Below are positions 61,047 to 64,000 of a stretch of 64,000 nt of DNA, one piece after another. The number at the start of each line of letters is the position of its first letter. The first letter of the stretch is position 1. The DNA is taken from NCBI RefSeq assembly GCF_001194135.2, contig NC_068986.1, positions 89,871,824-89,935,823 of the forward strand, read 5' to 3'. Source of the stretch: Octopus bimaculoides (taxonomy: Eukaryota). The notes under the pieces are model-generated. The model did not search any database, was not told the DNA's origin, and worked only from the letters and a program-made list of their open reading frames with translations. The position numbers were made by a program, and so were the translations under genes.

Positions 61047-61088
<42 letters not shown>

Positions 61089-62259
61089 GACACAAATCCA
61101 TACAATCTGTCACACATTTTCTCTCTCTCTCTCTCTCTCTCTGGCACACGTGAAGAGTAGACAACACAAAGATTACACACAGAGTACACAAATTATCTTT
61201 CAGAGTTATTATCGCAAGATCCAGTGTTGTATTTTCATTGTTCTTGGTCAGCCTCACAATCCTGCCTACCTTTAAGGAACGAACGAACGAACAAACGAAG
61301 GTGGGTTGGGGAGAAGTTCTTGTCAAACTAGAACCCTTGCTCCAAATACCTGTAACAATGTGGGATCCACTAAAGGGATCAGAGGTGCCAGGTAGTTAAA
61401 GTCTATGGTAAGATTTGAATTTGGGAATGCAAGGAGATGGAAAAAATACCAAGGGGCATTCTATCCAACGTTCAAACAACTCTGCCAATTCGTCACTTAC
61501 TCAAATACGACACCTTTAACAAAAAATAACTTCTAAAATACAAAATTTTGTCAAAAACGTTAAGAGTAAACCCTGTTCTACGTGACACATTCAACCAGTA
61601 TCCAGAGATTCAAAGTGTTTACTTAAAAATAATTAATTAAAAAATCTGTGCTTGAGATGATCCAGGATCAAAAACTGTTTTAAAAAAAGGTTTAGGTGTT
61701 TTAGGTTGTTGATTTTTAATGGGTCGAGTGACCATGTGTAGACCCCATGATTGAGTTCCTGTATGCTTTACTATGTGTGCAAGTATTTCGATGGATTTTT
61801 ATATGTGTATATGTGTATTCATGGGCGCGCGCGCGTCCGTTGTGATATCTGTCTGCCACTAGATTTAATGATACGGACAAATATTTGAGAAACATTTAAC
61901 AGCTCAGATAAGGGAGAATACTCCTGTATATTGGAACCACAATTATCTCCCTTACATGATCCTCTTTCATTTCTGTTTAATCTCTGCGTATATATATGAC
62001 GTGTTTGGGACGCAGTTTTGATTTTAGACTCATGCACGACAATTAACGCACTTTATACAAAAATATTCCCCCTGTATTAAGATAATTCACTTCTCTCACT
62101 AACGATGTCTTTTTCATTTTCCTTGGTGGTTCCACAATTTGCTTCCTCATAATTTTCTTATAATGTAATATAATAATGCTTTATTTCTTTTACATTATAA
62201 TTTATAATATATTTTATAACAATATTTGATACGAAAGGAAATAATAAGAATCTGATATA

Positions 62260-62452
62260 CAGGGTGGCCCAAAAGTAGGTTTCATATTCATATATTAACA
62301 GTTTAGATCTTAGTTGTAAAAAAAATATGAAACCATTATTCTATGCTAATTTAGTTAATTGTAAGATAGAAATTTAAATGTAATAAAATGTTTTAAAAGA
62401 AATTTAAAGTGTCTACATGATAACTGTAAACCTACATTTTGGGGCCACCCTG
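62260..62452. mobile_element. Tc1/mariner-type MITE (193 bp)
   Basis: TIRs CAGGGTGGCCCAAAAGTAGGTTT / AAACCTACATTTTGGGGCCACCCTG; TA on the left, CA (mutated TA) on the right. Confidence 0.85.
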
Positions 62453-62587
62453 CATTAGATTAGCATGACCCATATTTAACCACCAGCACTCACACTCAAC
62501 CATCACCACTAATATTCACATATCATCACTAATACACAACCATTATCACTCGTACTTAACCATCACCTGAAACTGTATAGAAACTGG

Positions 62588-62618
<31 letters not shown>

Positions 62619-62639
62619 ACGCATAACGTTCAAAGAGTG

Positions 62640-63285
62640 TTTTTTACATTCCACCTGCACAAGTGCCAGTTATGTGACACCAGCATCAACCACACTTGGC
62701 TTGTCTGGTCCTCTCAAGCACAGCATATTGCCAAAGGTCTCGGTCACTTGTTATTGCCTCGGTGAGGCCCAGTATACTAAGATCATGCTTCACCATCTTG
62801 TCCCATGTCTTCCTAGGTTTGCCTCTTCCATAGGTTCCCTCCGCAATTAGAGATCAGCACTTCTTTACACAGCTGTCCTCATCCATATATGCGTCACGTG
62901 ACCATCCCAGCACAGCCGTCACTCTTGCGCACAACATCTGATGCCTTTTATGCCCAACTTTTCTTTCAAGCTGCTTACACTGTCATTCATGCACACTGAC
63001 ATTGCACATCCAATGAAACATACTGGATTCATTTCTCTCAAGCCTACACATACCCTTGGTGATCACACCCCATGTTTCACTGTCATGTAGCATGGCTGTT
63101 CATACACAGGCATAATACAATTTACCTTTCACTATGAAGGAGAGGCCCTTAGTTACCAACAGAGGTAGGTGCTCACTGAACTTTGCTCAGCCTCTTCTTA
63201 TTCTCGCAGCTACACTCTCGGAGCATCCACCTCCACTACTGACTTGGTCACCAAGATAATGGAAGCTATCAACTACTTTCCAGCC
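62640..63285 (-). mobile_element. RTE-clade LINE 3' fragment (decayed RT C-terminus plus start of 3' UTR)
   Basis: VVDSFHYLGDQVSSGGGCSESVAARIRRG*AKF...KGKLYYACV*TAMLHDSETW...RLERNESSMFHWMC...GRGKPRKTW...YAVLERTRQAK; stops sit at TGG/CGA-derived codons. Confidence 0.9.
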
Positions 63286-63287
63286 AT

Positions 63288-63410
63288 AGAAACCAATCCA
63301 AATCAGACTGGAACTTGGTGCAGCTCTCCAGCTTACCAGTTTCAGTTAAACCATCCAAACCATGCCAGCATAGAAAGCAGACACTTAATGAAGATGATGA
63401 TGATGATGAT
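63288..63410 (+). mobile_element. Older RTE 3'-UTR tail fragment, tail-to-tail with the 63424 copy
   Basis: Diverged match to the last ~120 nt of the RTE 3' UTR, ending in (GAT)n. Confidence 0.75.
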
Positions 63411-63423
63411 AACATACACACAT

Positions 63424-63790
63424 ATCATCATCATCATCGTTTAACGTCCGCTTTCCATGCTAGCATGGGTTGGACGATTTGACTGAGGACTGGTGAAACC
63501 GGATGGCAACACCAGGCTCCAATCTAATTTAGCAGAGTTTCTACAGCTGGATGCCCTTCCTAACGCCAACCACTCAGAAAGTGTAGTGGGTGCTTTTACG
63601 TGTCACCCGCACAAGAGCCAGTCCAGGGGCACTGGCAACGATCTCGCTCGAAAATCCTATGAAGGCCAGTCAGGCGGTACTGGCAACGGCCACGCTCAGA
63701 ATGGTGCATCTCATGTGCCACCCGCACAAGAGCCAGTCCAGGGGCACTGGCAACGATCTCACTTGGCTTGCCGGGTCTTCTCACACACAG
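63424..63790 (-). mobile_element. 5'-truncated RTE LINE copy: last codons (AVCEKTRQAK*), 3' UTR with ~45-bp minisatellite, (GAT)n tail
   Basis: Same ORF end as 62640-63285; contains GGCGTTAGGAAGGGCATCCAGCTGTAGAAA and ends GCGGACGTTAAACGATGATGAT. Confidence 0.85.
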
Positions 63791-64000
63791 CAAATTTCCA
63801 AACATTTATAAAACAAGAAAATGGAACAAACAGGCTTTAATCACAAATTACAATTGTTTCTGTGCAATGGTAACAGCTGTTAGTTGCTGAGTTTTCCATC
63901 TCATACTATTACATAAATAATTACATAGATAAATATGATTCAGCAGGAGTTGTGTACTGGCACATCATCAGGTGACTGGCTTTGGTAGCAGAAGGTCAAC

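Noticed and set aside
63900-64000. Candidate upstream ZFP64 coding exon at the window edge
   Set aside because: All three minus frames hit stops before a convincing phase-0 donor.

Overview
AT-rich, microsatellite-dense animal genomic DNA from a draft assembly with 18 N-gaps. The repeat families look cephalopod, most likely Octopus (inferred from my recall of these SINEs, not from a search). One protein-coding gene can be rebuilt by hand on the minus strand: a ZFP64-like multi-exon C2H2 zinc-finger gene. Its exons are 60803-59867, 57075-56824, 55238-55166, 52320-52118 and 51493-49530; all introns are GT-AG and phase-compatible. That gives 3429 nt / 1142 aa with 10 fingers, and the 5' end is probably outside the window. 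The 73-nt third exon is not on the ORF track in its coding frame. The rest is mostly transposon debris: two abundant SINE families (called A and B here), a tRNA-Arg-like SINE, RTE, Tx1/L1-like, Penelope-like and possibly I-group LINE fragments, mariner and hAT remnants/MITEs, and a 1.9-kb internally deleted Gypsy element with both LTRs, PBS, PPT and a 5-bp TSD. The most interesting signals are a complete type I hammerhead ribozyme fold at 17061-17133, a degenerate second one at 19209-19297, a 90-bp intronic hairpin whose mismatches favour pairing in the pre-mRNA strand, a SINE/LINE pair sharing a 3' tail, and a CRE-motif-rich 54-bp minisatellite. No tRNA/rRNA genes or CRISPR arrays were found.
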